From: Campylobacterales bacterium
GTDB taxonomy: Bacteria > Campylobacterota > Campylobacteria > Campylobacterales > QNZT01
Direction of reading: 5' to 3'
Length of the DNA stretch: 64,000 bases
Assembly: GCA_024278835.1 (NCBI GenBank)
Contig: JAJRSK010000042.1
Span: 30-64,029, forward strand
The notes beneath the pieces are model-generated. The model was given only the letters and a program-made list of their open reading frames with translations, made no database searches and was not told the origin of the DNA. This document shows, in pieces, positions 17,954-26,681 of this stretch. The position numbers and the translations under genes are program-made. Numbering within the stretch: position 1 is the stretch's first letter; every line of letters begins with the position of its first letter.

Positions 17954-18787
17954 ATGTATTTCGTAAAACTTTTTATTATAATAGTACTTTTACAAAACTT
18001 TTTATTTGCCTACATTGATAGTGATTTTGATGGTGTGGGTGATAGATATGATAAATGTCCAAATACACCATTTTCGGATTTAGTTGATAAAAATGGCTGT
18101 ACAATACAAAAAGTTTCTATCATCAAAGAGATCAGAATATTAACAGTGATTGCTGGGATGAATTATTCAGATTATCGTGCGAAACAAGGCAATAAGACAA
18201 GAACACTTTCTCAGTCATTAGAACTTGATTATGAGATACAAAAGATTAAGCTGATGCTACGTATCTCACGCTTTACATCAAAAAATACTCCATTAAGCCA
18301 GTACGATAACAACTCTTTTTCAGATACTAAGCTTGCTTTGCAGTATAAATTAGATCAAATGATACCTAATGTAAGTCTTTCACTAGGAGGGGGAATAGCG
18401 ATACCCAACTATAGAGGGAGTATGCATAATAATGGATTTGATTTTTATTATTCTTTGAGTGGTAGTTATTCCATAAAAAAATTATCCCTTTTTGGTAGTT
18501 ATACTTTTACAAAAATAGGTGATAAAGATTTAAATTATTTAACATACCAAAATACAAATGCTTTTAGTTTTGGAACAGGGTATAGTTTTACCCCAAAACT
18601 TTACAGCTCTTTGTTATACTATGTCAGTGATTCCATCATTAAGTCAGCAGATAAGATAAAAAGTATCTCTTGGTTTTCTTTCTACAACATAAATAAGAAG
18701 AGCTATTCCACACTATCCTTTTCTCATGGGCTCGATGATGACACTACTAGTAATAGCTATGGAGTACAGTTTGGATACAGGATTTAG
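17954..18787 (+). CDS. Outer-membrane barrel-like protein with N-terminal thrombospondin-type-3-like Ca-binding motif
   Basis: Signal-like N-terminus. DSDFDGVGDRYDKCPNTP...DKNGC. The remainder has alternating strand patterns and ends ...GVQFGYRI. Confidence 0.5.
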   Translation: MYFVKLFIIIVLLQNFLFAYIDSDFDGVGDRYDKCPNTPFSDLVDKNGCTIQKVSIIKEIRILTVIAGMNYSDYRAKQGNKTRTLSQSLELDYEIQKIKLMLRISRFTSKNTPLSQYDNNSFSDTKLALQYKLDQMIPNVSLSLGGGIAIPNYRGSMHNNGFDFYYSLSGSYSIKKLSLFGSYTFTKIGDKDLNYLTYQNTNAFSFGTGYSFTPKLYSSLLYYVSDSIIKSADKIKSISWFSFYNINKKSYSTLSFSHGLDDDTTSNSYGVQFGYRI

Positions 18788-18805
18788 AGTATTCTTCTAT
18801 ATCTG

Positions 18806-18859
18806 CTAACACTTCGCTAACATTTCACTAACACTTTACTTATGTATCTTCAATATACT
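18806..18859 (+). promoter_or_regulatory. Three tandem 11-bp CTAACAY boxes plus a TATACT -10 upstream of the rhodanese gene
   Basis: CTAACACTTCG (18806-16), CTAACATTTCA (18817-27), CTAACACTTTA (18828-38), 15 nt, then TATACT (18854-59). ATG at 18891. Confidence 0.5.
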
Positions 18860-18890
18860 TCTAGAGAAATAAAACTTTAAAGGAGTGAAT

Positions 18891-20330
18891 ATGAAAACTA
18901 TTAGCACATTGTTTAGTATGGCCGCTGTGATAGGTATAATGATGGGTTGTGGAGGAGAAAGTAACAAGTCATTAGTTGATCAAAACAGAAAAAATCTTTC
19001 AGCCACTTTATCAAGTCAGATTGATTTAACAACTGCGCAGTCTACTTTGAATAATCCGTATATTATAGATGCAAAAACAGTCATAAACTGGGTTAATAAT
19101 TGGCAAAAAAATAGACCTTGTGATGTAAAAGGAAAGCTTATCATCTTGCAAGTAGGAGAAGCCTTCATAGATGATGGTGTGCACTCTTTTATTAAGCATG
19201 ATGATGTAAATGTTTTTACATTTAACAAAACAGGTGGATGTAGCAATACTGATCCAATGTTTGATAGAACAGATGGTGTTTCAGTGATTCCAAAAGCTGT
19301 ATTAAGTGGTCAGATGATGGATGGGGCGTTTCAGATGTATAACATTGATCCAATCAATGATATGATTTTGATAGTTGCAGGTGGTGCAGAAAATGAAAAA
19401 GGTATGTCAGAAAATTCCGCAGCAGTAGCAAGGTTTGCATGGTCTATGAAATACTGGGGGCTTGCACACTATGCTGTACTTGATGGCAATATCCAGTATA
19501 TGTTAAATGCCCAAATAAATCCTTCTATTAAAGATTCTGGTGTGAATTCCCTAGATGATATATTTGTTGCTAAAGATTCTACACCGCCGATGAGTGGTAC
19601 ACACTCTGTTAAAGAGATTAAAGCAATGAACCAAGGTGTTATGGCTAGCTTGACTGAGATGATAAATGTTGTTAAAAATTGTCCGACAAAGGCATTTATT
19701 CTAGATGCTAGAAGTGCTGATGAATACAATGCAAATAATAGCGTTAAAAAATCAAAAACCGAGGCATCTATCTGCGGAGAAAATCATGATCAACAATGTT
19801 ATACAGCGATAGAAGGGCATATCAAGGGTTCTAAGCATATCGATTATACGGATTTTATCGTACGTGATGATATGACTATTGATATTAATAAAGATGGAAA
19901 AGTAGATGCCCTTGATGCCTCTTATCGTTATAAAACAGCAGAAGAAATATTGAATATTTTAAAAGAAAGTGGATTTGATGCGAAGTGTCAAACATTATAT
20001 ACTTATTGTAGAACAGGAACAAGAGCGGCACTGCCTGCCTTTATAGGAACAGATATATTACATATCAATACAAAATTATTTGATGGCTCTTGGATAGAGT
20101 GGGGAAGATTAGCTGGAAAAGTAGGTACAGTTGATGTTCATGGCAATTTAATGTTACGGGAAGATAGCCCTTGGAGAACAGATATCCCGGAGCTGACAGA
20201 AAAATTAACTTACAATCCTTCTAACTTGGTGGCTCCAAGAATTAGAGATGGCAGTACATTGAAAGTAGATGAGTATGCTTGTAGTGCAGATAAAATTAAA
20301 TGTGATGATATAAACTATTTAAAGAATTAG
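18891..20330 (+). CDS. Rhodanese-domain (sulfurtransferase-like) lipoprotein
   Basis: RBS AAAGGAG. Lipobox GIMMGCGG. Tandem rhodanese-like domains. Active-site loop YCRTGTRAA (CRxGxR) in the C-terminal domain. Confidence 0.7.
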   Translation: MKTISTLFSMAAVIGIMMGCGGESNKSLVDQNRKNLSATLSSQIDLTTAQSTLNNPYIIDAKTVINWVNNWQKNRPCDVKGKLIILQVGEAFIDDGVHSFIKHDDVNVFTFNKTGGCSNTDPMFDRTDGVSVIPKAVLSGQMMDGAFQMYNIDPINDMILIVAGGAENEKGMSENSAAVARFAWSMKYWGLAHYAVLDGNIQYMLNAQINPSIKDSGVNSLDDIFVAKDSTPPMSGTHSVKEIKAMNQGVMASLTEMINVVKNCPTKAFILDARSADEYNANNSVKKSKTEASICGENHDQQCYTAIEGHIKGSKHIDYTDFIVRDDMTIDINKDGKVDALDASYRYKTAEEILNILKESGFDAKCQTLYTYCRTGTRAALPAFIGTDILHINTKLFDGSWIEWGRLAGKVGTVDVHGNLMLREDSPWRTDIPELTEKLTYNPSNLVAPRIRDGSTLKVDEYACSADKIKCDDINYLKN

Positions 20331-20335
20331 AGGTA

Positions 20336-20374
20336 TTTATCATGATAGAGTAAGTATTTCTCTATCATGATAAA
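20336..20374. terminator. 15-bp-stem hairpin built from two copies of the iterated palindrome
   Basis: TTTATCATGATAGAG, 9-nt loop, CTCTATCATGATAAA, starting 6 nt after the rhodanese stop. Confidence 0.4.
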
Positions 20375-20498
20375 CATGTTTAGTACAATGATTTTCTATC
20401 ATATGAGAAGAAGAGAGATACTTCAAATATATAATATATAAATATTGGCACACCTTTTGCTAATAAAGTTAAATATATTATATTATTAGGGGTTTTAT

Positions 20499-20885
20499 AT
20501 GAATAATTTATTTTCAAAGTCAGCAAGTCGTTTTAGTGTCAATGTACCACAGTCAGTACTTTTCTCAGATAACTTAGTCTCGCTATCAGATAAACAGACA
20601 CGTATTCAAGAGATAGAGTTCGCACTTGAGCGTATCTTTGCTGTAGAAAATCAACTCACAATACTCGAGACTATTAAAGTGCAAAATATGCAAAGAGAGA
20701 TAGAAAAAATTAAGCAAAAATATGCAGAGACTAATCGTATCATGATAGCACTAGATGAACTACGAATCAGCAACTTCCAAGAGAGAATAGAAGCAATCTA
20801 TGTAGAGAATAAGCCTACTTCAAAGGAGTTTATACATGCAGAGAGATTGATGCAAAAGAGAGAAGAGCTTTTGGCTTTCTTGTAA
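20499..20885 (+). CDS. Hypothetical coiled-coil protein
   Basis: 128-aa ORF with heptad-like charged/hydrophobic pattern. No recognisable family. Confidence 0.4.
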   Translation: MNNLFSKSASRFSVNVPQSVLFSDNLVSLSDKQTRIQEIEFALERIFAVENQLTILETIKVQNMQREIEKIKQKYAETNRIMIALDELRISNFQERIEAIYVENKPTSKEFIHAERLMQKREELLAFL

Positions 20886-20958
20886 AACAACAAAATTTTC
20901 AGTATAATCAACCGTATGTATAACATACTTTAATGAATAACAATAAAGGATAATATTT

Positions 20959-21491
20959 ATGGGTTTAATTGATATATTGATGAATAGTGGCAATGGTGAT
21001 TTACTAAAACAGATAGGACAAAAAGCAGGCGTGAATGAGACACAATCTAGGGACTTGCTAAGTACACTTGGTTCAGCGATGCTTGGACAGGTGAAGGGAA
21101 GAGTAGAGAGTGGTAGTCATGACTCTACAGGGCTAGAAGGACTCATTAAAAATAGTAAGTATGCTGAAATGATTGATGAACCATCTCATCACTACAATGA
21201 TAGAAAAATGGCAGACAACGGTAATGATCTTTTGAAATATATCACCGGTTCCAAAGAGGGCTCTCGTGAAGTAGCTTCACAAGTTTCTAAAAAACAGGTG
21301 TAAGTTCTTCAATTATCAAGTCACTACTTCCTATGATAGCACCGATGATTATAGGTAGTCTTGGGAAAGGCTTGATGGGTGGTGGAAATCAAAAATCTGG
21401 CTCCTCTGGGCTAATAGGTATGCTTGACTTTGACCATGATGGTTCTGTCATAGACGATGTCGCAGGACTTGCGATGAAATACCTATTTTAA
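20959..21491 (+). pseudogene. DUF937-family protein gene interrupted by a frameshift in an A6 run
   Basis: ORF 20959-21303 stops just after AAAAAA (21289-21294). The next frame continues open as GVSSSIIKSLLPMIAPMIIGSLGKGL...LAMKYLF to TAA 21489-21491. Adding one A restores one 177-codon ORF. Confidence 0.6.
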
Positions 21492-21506
21492 TTTTTAACA
21501 TTATCA

Positions 21507-21532
21507 TGATAGGCAGTTTGAACTGCTTATCA
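21507..21532 (+). terminator. Hairpin after the DUF937 gene
   Basis: TGATAGGCAGTT / AACTGCTTATCA form a stem with one G-U pair. It overlaps a palindrome copy at 21502. Confidence 0.35.
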
Positions 21533-21555
21533 CTATCTTCCACTTAGGAGAGTTA

Positions 21556-23289
21556 TTGCAATATCTCATAGACTTTTTAGAAAATAAAAATATTGAAAAA
21601 TCAGCCATCTTTAGCCAACTTAAATGTAATCAAGAAGAGGCACTCATCTTGCGCCATCTCGTAGAGAGGCACGTAAAAGGCGATGCTGAAAGTATGGTTT
21701 TTCAAGTTTTAACGGAGCTTTTTCCCTCTGAAAATTATGAATACATCAAACATTTGCCACTTGTAAAAAACTTACTAGACCTTGGCTGGATAGCACAGAA
21801 TAATTTTGCACAAGTCAAGATAGGAGACTCTTCAAACCTTGAACTTATACATTCTTCTGTTAGCCTCTCTGTAGCATTAGTTAAACTTTTAGAAGAAGGA
21901 ACACTTGAGGCACCACTCCCAGAGCTTATCCCCTATAGTGATAATCTTGAATACCTAAAAGATCAATTTCAGCGCATAGAACTTTACCAAAAGATAAGTA
22001 CTATCAGACACCACTATGCTAAAAAATCTCTTAATATAGATAGACTTACTAAACGACAGAAAAACTTAGAAGAGCGGATAGAGGAGCGTGTGAAATTAAC
22101 CACACAAAATCTACCTGTAGAGACGTTATTTAAAGAAAATGAGCTTAATCCTAAAGAACAAGTTATTTTTTTAGCGCTTTTAAAAGAGGAGTATTCGGGG
22201 GAGTTAGAGAGTTTAAGAGAGATGAATACCCTCATCAACCTTATTTCTGAAAATGATTATGACAAGATAAAGTATCGCTCACTGATAGAAGACAGTTCTA
22301 CGCTCATCGAAAAAGAGATTATTGATTATGATGAATTGTTGACAACATTTGGTGGTGTGACGCGAAGTTTTTTTATCAATGAAGAGTTTTTACGAAGCAT
22401 TATGCACCCACATAAAACTAAAAAACCTGAGAAAATGAAGATAGAAGCATTGGTAGAAGAACAAGAGATATTTGAACTTATGAAGCCTCGTACTAAGCTG
22501 GAAGATGTGGTGTTACACCCAAAAACACGTGAACTCTTAGATACTATCTTAAAGCAGATGGATAAAAATGTTGCCAAGCTTTTGTCAGACTGGGGTGTCA
22601 CAGATAAGAAAAAAGGCATTGATGCAAAGCTGATATTTTATGGTCCTCCAGGAACAGGTAAAACGATGACGGCGCTCTCTTTTTCCAAGACACTCAAGCG
22701 GTCGGTACTTAGTTTTGATTGTTCTAAAATTCTCTCTATGTATGTAGGGGAGAGTGAAAAGAATGTAAGAAATATTTTTGACTCCTACAAAGAGTTGGCC
22801 AAAAAGACAAAGACACAACCGGTACTGCTTTTAAATGAAGCTGACCAATTTTTAAGTGCGCGTACGACAGCAGGAGTAAGTGGCAGCGATAAGATGCATA
22901 ATCAGATGCAAAATATCTTTTTAGAGCAGATTGAAAACTTTGAAGGTATCTTGATTGCCACGACAAATCTACTAGAAACCATAGATGTAGCATTTTCACG
23001 ACGTTTTGACTATAAGATAGAGTTTGCAAAACCAAACTATAAACAGCGTCTTATATTATGGCAAAATATGCTTCCACAAAATGCAGACTATGAAGAGAAT
23101 TTTTCCATAGAAGCACTTGCAAAAGCAGAGCTTACGGGAGGTCAAATAAAAGTCATCATCAAAAATACTGCCCTTACAGTAGCGGTAAAAGAGTTACCAA
23201 TCTTCACAAATGAAGATTTTAACAATGCGATATTACGTGAGAAAAAGGGTGCTTTTGGTGAAGAGAAAACCGTTGGATTTGTTTCATAA
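21556..23289 (+). CDS. Classic-clade AAA+ ATPase with a long helical N-terminal region
   Basis: Walker A GPPGTGKT. Walker B VLLLNEADQF. SRH region ...ATTNLLETIDVAFSRRFD. TTG start after RBS AGGAG. Confidence 0.8.
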   Translation: MQYLIDFLENKNIEKSAIFSQLKCNQEEALILRHLVERHVKGDAESMVFQVLTELFPSENYEYIKHLPLVKNLLDLGWIAQNNFAQVKIGDSSNLELIHSSVSLSVALVKLLEEGTLEAPLPELIPYSDNLEYLKDQFQRIELYQKISTIRHHYAKKSLNIDRLTKRQKNLEERIEERVKLTTQNLPVETLFKENELNPKEQVIFLALLKEEYSGELESLREMNTLINLISENDYDKIKYRSLIEDSSTLIEKEIIDYDELLTTFGGVTRSFFINEEFLRSIMHPHKTKKPEKMKIEALVEEQEIFELMKPRTKLEDVVLHPKTRELLDTILKQMDKNVAKLLSDWGVTDKKKGIDAKLIFYGPPGTGKTMTALSFSKTLKRSVLSFDCSKILSMYVGESEKNVRNIFDSYKELAKKTKTQPVLLLNEADQFLSARTTAGVSGSDKMHNQMQNIFLEQIENFEGILIATTNLLETIDVAFSRRFDYKIEFAKPNYKQRLILWQNMLPQNADYEENFSIEALAKAELTGGQIKVIIKNTALTVAVKELPIFTNEDFNNAILREKKGAFGEEKTVGFVS

Positions 23290-23522
23290 AGTAACATATG
23301 CATTATATAACGACTTAATTCAAACTATTTAACGTCTCAATGGACATTTGATTTATCATCTAAATCTCGGATAATAGATTAAATGTATCATTTAGTTACA
23401 AGCGTAGTAAAAAACCTTCAGAGTAATCTACAATTTAGTCCTTCCTTTAAACAAAATATTGTAAAATTTAAAATTAGAAAATATTATAATTAATGATATT
23501 ATCACTCTATAAAGGATTATCC

Positions 23523-23912
23523 ATGAGCCATATGGTAGTTGACCATCCCTATTTTGGGGCATTTATCTTCTTTGTTTTAACCTTCGGAGCATTTATTGGG
23601 ACGACAGTTTTATCTCGATTTGTCAGTAGAAAGTTAGCGAGACTTGACAACGAAAAGCTTAAACTCTCTATATACGAGTGTGGACCACAGGTAACAAAGC
23701 AACCAAACAAGATGTCTTCACAATTTTATCTTTACGCGTTGTTGTTTATCTTATTTGATGTGGAGATTATCTTTATGTTCCCTTGGGCTATTGACTTTAA
23801 AGTTCTTGGCTGGTTTGGATTTGCAGAGATGATTATTTTTATTATATTACTTGCAATTGGATTTATATACGCATGGAAAAAAGGAGCGCTTGAATGGCAC
23901 AGCATAAAGTAA
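23523..23912 (+). CDS. nuoA: NADH-quinone oxidoreductase subunit A
   Basis: Three TM segments. YECGP and FDVEIIF motifs. ATG 23523 chosen after RBS AAGGA. Confidence 0.85.
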   Translation: MSHMVVDHPYFGAFIFFVLTFGAFIGTTVLSRFVSRKLARLDNEKLKLSIYECGPQVTKQPNKMSSQFYLYALLFILFDVEIIFMFPWAIDFKVLGWFGFAEMIIFIILLAIGFIYAWKKGALEWHSIK

Positions 23913-24403
23913 ATTATTTACAAGATAGTGGATTACCTGTAGCATTGACTACAGTGGATAAATTGGTTCAATGGGGGCGATCAAACTCTTTATGGCCTTT
24001 AACGTATGGTTTAGCATGTTGTGCGATTGAGATGATGGCATCGGGTGCCTCGCGATATGATTTTGATAGATTTGGTACGATTTTTAGAGCGAGTCCTAGA
24101 CAAGCTGATGTGATGGTTGTTGCCGGAACATTGACGAAAAAGCATGCACAATTCATTAGAAGACTATATGATCAGATGACAGAGCCAAAGTGGGTTATCT
24201 CCATGGGCTCATGTGCCAATACTGGTGGTATGTTTAATACTTATGCAACGGTGCAAGGGGTGGATAGAGTCATTCCTGTAGATATCTATCTTCCTGGTTG
24301 TGCACCTAGACCTGAGACACTACAACACGCGCTTATGATACTGCAAAAGAAGATAAGACGCGAGAGTGCTTTTCAAAAACTTAAACCAAAGAGGTTAGTG
24401 TAA
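23894..24403 (+). CDS. nuoB: NADH-quinone oxidoreductase subunit B
   Basis: [17 protein letters not shown] and [12 protein letters not shown] are the N2-cluster ligand motifs. Confidence 0.9.
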   Translation: MAQHKVNYLQDSGLPVALTTVDKLVQWGRSNSLWPLTYGLACCAIEMMASGASRYDFDRFGTIFRASPRQADVMVVAGTLTKKHAQFIRRLYDQMTEPKWVISMGSCANTGGMFNTYATVQGVDRVIPVDIYLPGCAPRPETLQHALMILQKKIRRESAFQKLKPKRLV

Positions 24404-25200
24404 TGAGAAAGTATCAAAATAGGAAAAATGCCCAAGCAAAAGCTTACTATAGTGATAGATTTTATTCTGCACCTCCAGTACCTACCACTGATGTAGCAAC
24501 TGATGAGGTTTTTGCAGCAGATTTAAAAAGTTTAGAGGCAAAGTTCAAGATATCCAAGTCTTATATACAAGCAGGACAGATGGTGCTTTTTATCGAGCCT
24601 AATGATATAAAAGCTATCATGATACACCTCAAAGAGGAGTTAGCATATGACTTTATGTCTGAAATGTCAGCGATTGATTTCTTAGAAAAAAGAGGTGAAT
24701 TTGAGATTTTTTATCAGATGCTTTCCATGACAAAGAGAAAAAGACTGCGTGTAAAGTTTGCTATCAAAGAAGATCAAGCCGTTGAGACAATCACAGATGT
24801 TTTTTCTTCTGCAAACTGGGCTGAGCGGGAGATGTATGATATGTTTGGTATCATCGTTAACAATCACCCTTACTTAAAAAGGTTGATTATGCCTGAAGAT
24901 TGGAGTAGTTATCCACTCTTGAAAACTTATCCACTGATCGGTGATGAAGCCGGTCAATGGTATGAGATAGATACCATATTTGGAAAAGAGCATCGCGCTA
25001 TTGTTGGTCCTGAAATCAGAGATACAAAACGTGTTGATGCTAAAGATACAACACAATTTGCAAGGGTTCGTCATGAGGTACCTTATGGGGAAGCTCCTAG
25101 TTCAAAACCTACTAATTATGCACAATTTCAAGAAGATGGTGGCGTGCCACTCATCACCAAGTTCAATGTTGAACAAAAAATATTAAAAGATAGGAAGTAA
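24403..25200 (+). CDS. nuoC: NADH-quinone oxidoreductase subunit C
   Basis: ANWAEREMYDMFGI and HPYLKRLIMPEDW motifs. Has a C-terminal extension. Confidence 0.85.
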   Translation: MRKYQNRKNAQAKAYYSDRFYSAPPVPTTDVATDEVFAADLKSLEAKFKISKSYIQAGQMVLFIEPNDIKAIMIHLKEELAYDFMSEMSAIDFLEKRGEFEIFYQMLSMTKRKRLRVKFAIKEDQAVETITDVFSSANWAEREMYDMFGIIVNNHPYLKRLIMPEDWSSYPLLKTYPLIGDEAGQWYEIDTIFGKEHRAIVGPEIRDTKRVDAKDTTQFARVRHEVPYGEAPSSKPTNYAQFQEDGGVPLITKFNVEQKILKDRK

Positions 25201-25203
25201 TAG

Positions 25204-26435
25204 ATGCAAACTCCTAATAGACTAAAACCATTTTATGAAAACTTAGTATTTGAAAAAGAGGGCAATCAAATGATTGTCAACTTTGGCCCACAGCACCCTT
25301 CCGCGCATGGACAGTTACGACTGATTCTTGAACTAGATGGTGAACAAGTTGTTAAGGCTGTTCCTGATGTAGGTTACCTACACCGTGGTATGGAAAAGAT
25401 GGCTGAAAACATGATATATAATGAGTATCTTCCAACAACAGATAGAATGGATTATATCGCAGCTGCGTCAAACAATTATGGTTTTGCCTTGGCGGTTGAG
25501 AGACTCTTAGATATCGAAAAGAGATTCCTAGACGTGCAGAAGTTATCAGAGTGATGCTTTTAGAATTAAATAGAATTATTTCTCACCTTTTCTGGCTTGC
25601 TACACATGCACTTGATGTTGGGGCTATGTCAGTATTTTTATTTTGTTTCCGTGAACGTGAGTTTGCTATGGATCTTATGGAAGATTATTGTGGTGCGAGA
25701 CTGACACATTCTGCTATCAGAATCGGTGGTGTACCACTAGACTTACCATCAGATTGGATAGACAATCTTCATAAATTTATCACGAAGATGCCTGAAAATA
25801 TCGCCGATTATGAGGGGCTTTTAACAGAAAATAGAATCTGGAAAATGAGACTTGAGGATGTAGGTACGCTAACAGCCCAAGAAGCGATGAGTTGGGGTTG
25901 TTCAGGACCCACACTACGTGGTTCAGGTGTGGCTTGGGATATTCGTAAGGAAGAGCCTTATGGTATCTATGATGAACTAGACTTTAAAGTGCCTGTTTCT
26001 GATAAGTGTGATTCGTACGGAAGATATAAGTTATATATGGAAGAAATGCAACAATCAGTTGATATATTGCATCAGTTGATTCCTAAGTATAAAGAGAGTC
26101 CACATGGATTGATGGCGAAAGTGCCTCAGTATATGTCGGCAACGAAAGAAGAGTTGATGACAGATAACTTTGCTTTGATGCAACATTTTGTTTTAGTTAC
26201 GCAAGGTATGAGACCGCCGGTAGGGGAAGTGTATGTAGTGACTGAGTCACCAAAGGGTGAACTTGGTTTTTATATCAACTCGCAGGGAGATCCATACCCA
26301 TATAGATTGAAAGTAAGAGCACCTAGTTTCTTCCACACAGCGTTGTTGCAAGAGATTTTAGTAGGTACTTATTTGGCGGATGTTGTTACTATCATTGGTA
26401 ACTTAAATATCGTTTTTGGTGAAATTGATAGATAG
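25204..26435 (+). pseudogene. nuoD: NADH-quinone oxidoreductase subunit D, reading frame broken once (frameshift between 25500 and 25554)
   Basis: ORF 25204-25554 ([10 protein letters not shown]...) and ORF 25551-26435 (...[14 protein letters not shown]...) are the N- and C-terminal parts of NuoD. The second frame is open from 25500 and reads [12 protein letters not shown]. Adding one A in GAAAAG (25517-25520) fuses them. Confidence 0.85.
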
Positions 26436-26444
26436 GGGATAGAG

Positions 26445-26681
26445 ATGGAAAGATATGATTTAAGAAAACTAAAAGATGAAAAACTAACAAACCGTATGGT
26501 AGAAGTGATGGATAAAATCGCAAAGCCAGGTGAAGTGATGATTTTTATGTTTGAAGTGGGTGATTTTTCACCTGTACATACCACTATGGATGTTATGAAA
26601 CAACAAGGTCATGACATTATGAATTCTATCAAGTTCAATGAAGTAGATTGGACGTTGGTTGTGAAAAGGAAAGCTTCTTGA
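26445..26681 (+). CDS. Small protein occupying the nuoE position (TusA/SirA-like pattern without the catalytic Cys)
   Basis: 78 aa. YDLRKL...KIAKPGEVMIFMFEVGD...QQGH...WTLVVKRK follows the TusA-fold spacing, but the CPxP cysteine is absent. Confidence 0.5.
   Translation: MERYDLRKLKDEKLTNRMVEVMDKIAKPGEVMIFMFEVGDFSPVHTTMDVMKQQGHDIMNSIKFNEVDWTLVVKRKAS

Noticed and set aside
25500-25554. Programmed ribosomal frameshifting in nuoD.
   Set aside because: There is no slippery heptamer or downstream pseudoknot-like structure. The same -1-base homopolymer pattern recurs in three unrelated genes, so a sequencing artefact or mutation is more parsimonious.
26648-26677. TTG 26648 as the true start of the GltD-like fusion protein, overlapping the 78-aa gene by 34 nt.
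   Set aside because: Not resolved. TTG 26678, which overlaps the upstream TGA as cTTGA, gives a more usual coupling and a sensible N-terminus (SKVLFSTWQGEF...). The ORF-track coordinates are kept in the feature table with this caveat.
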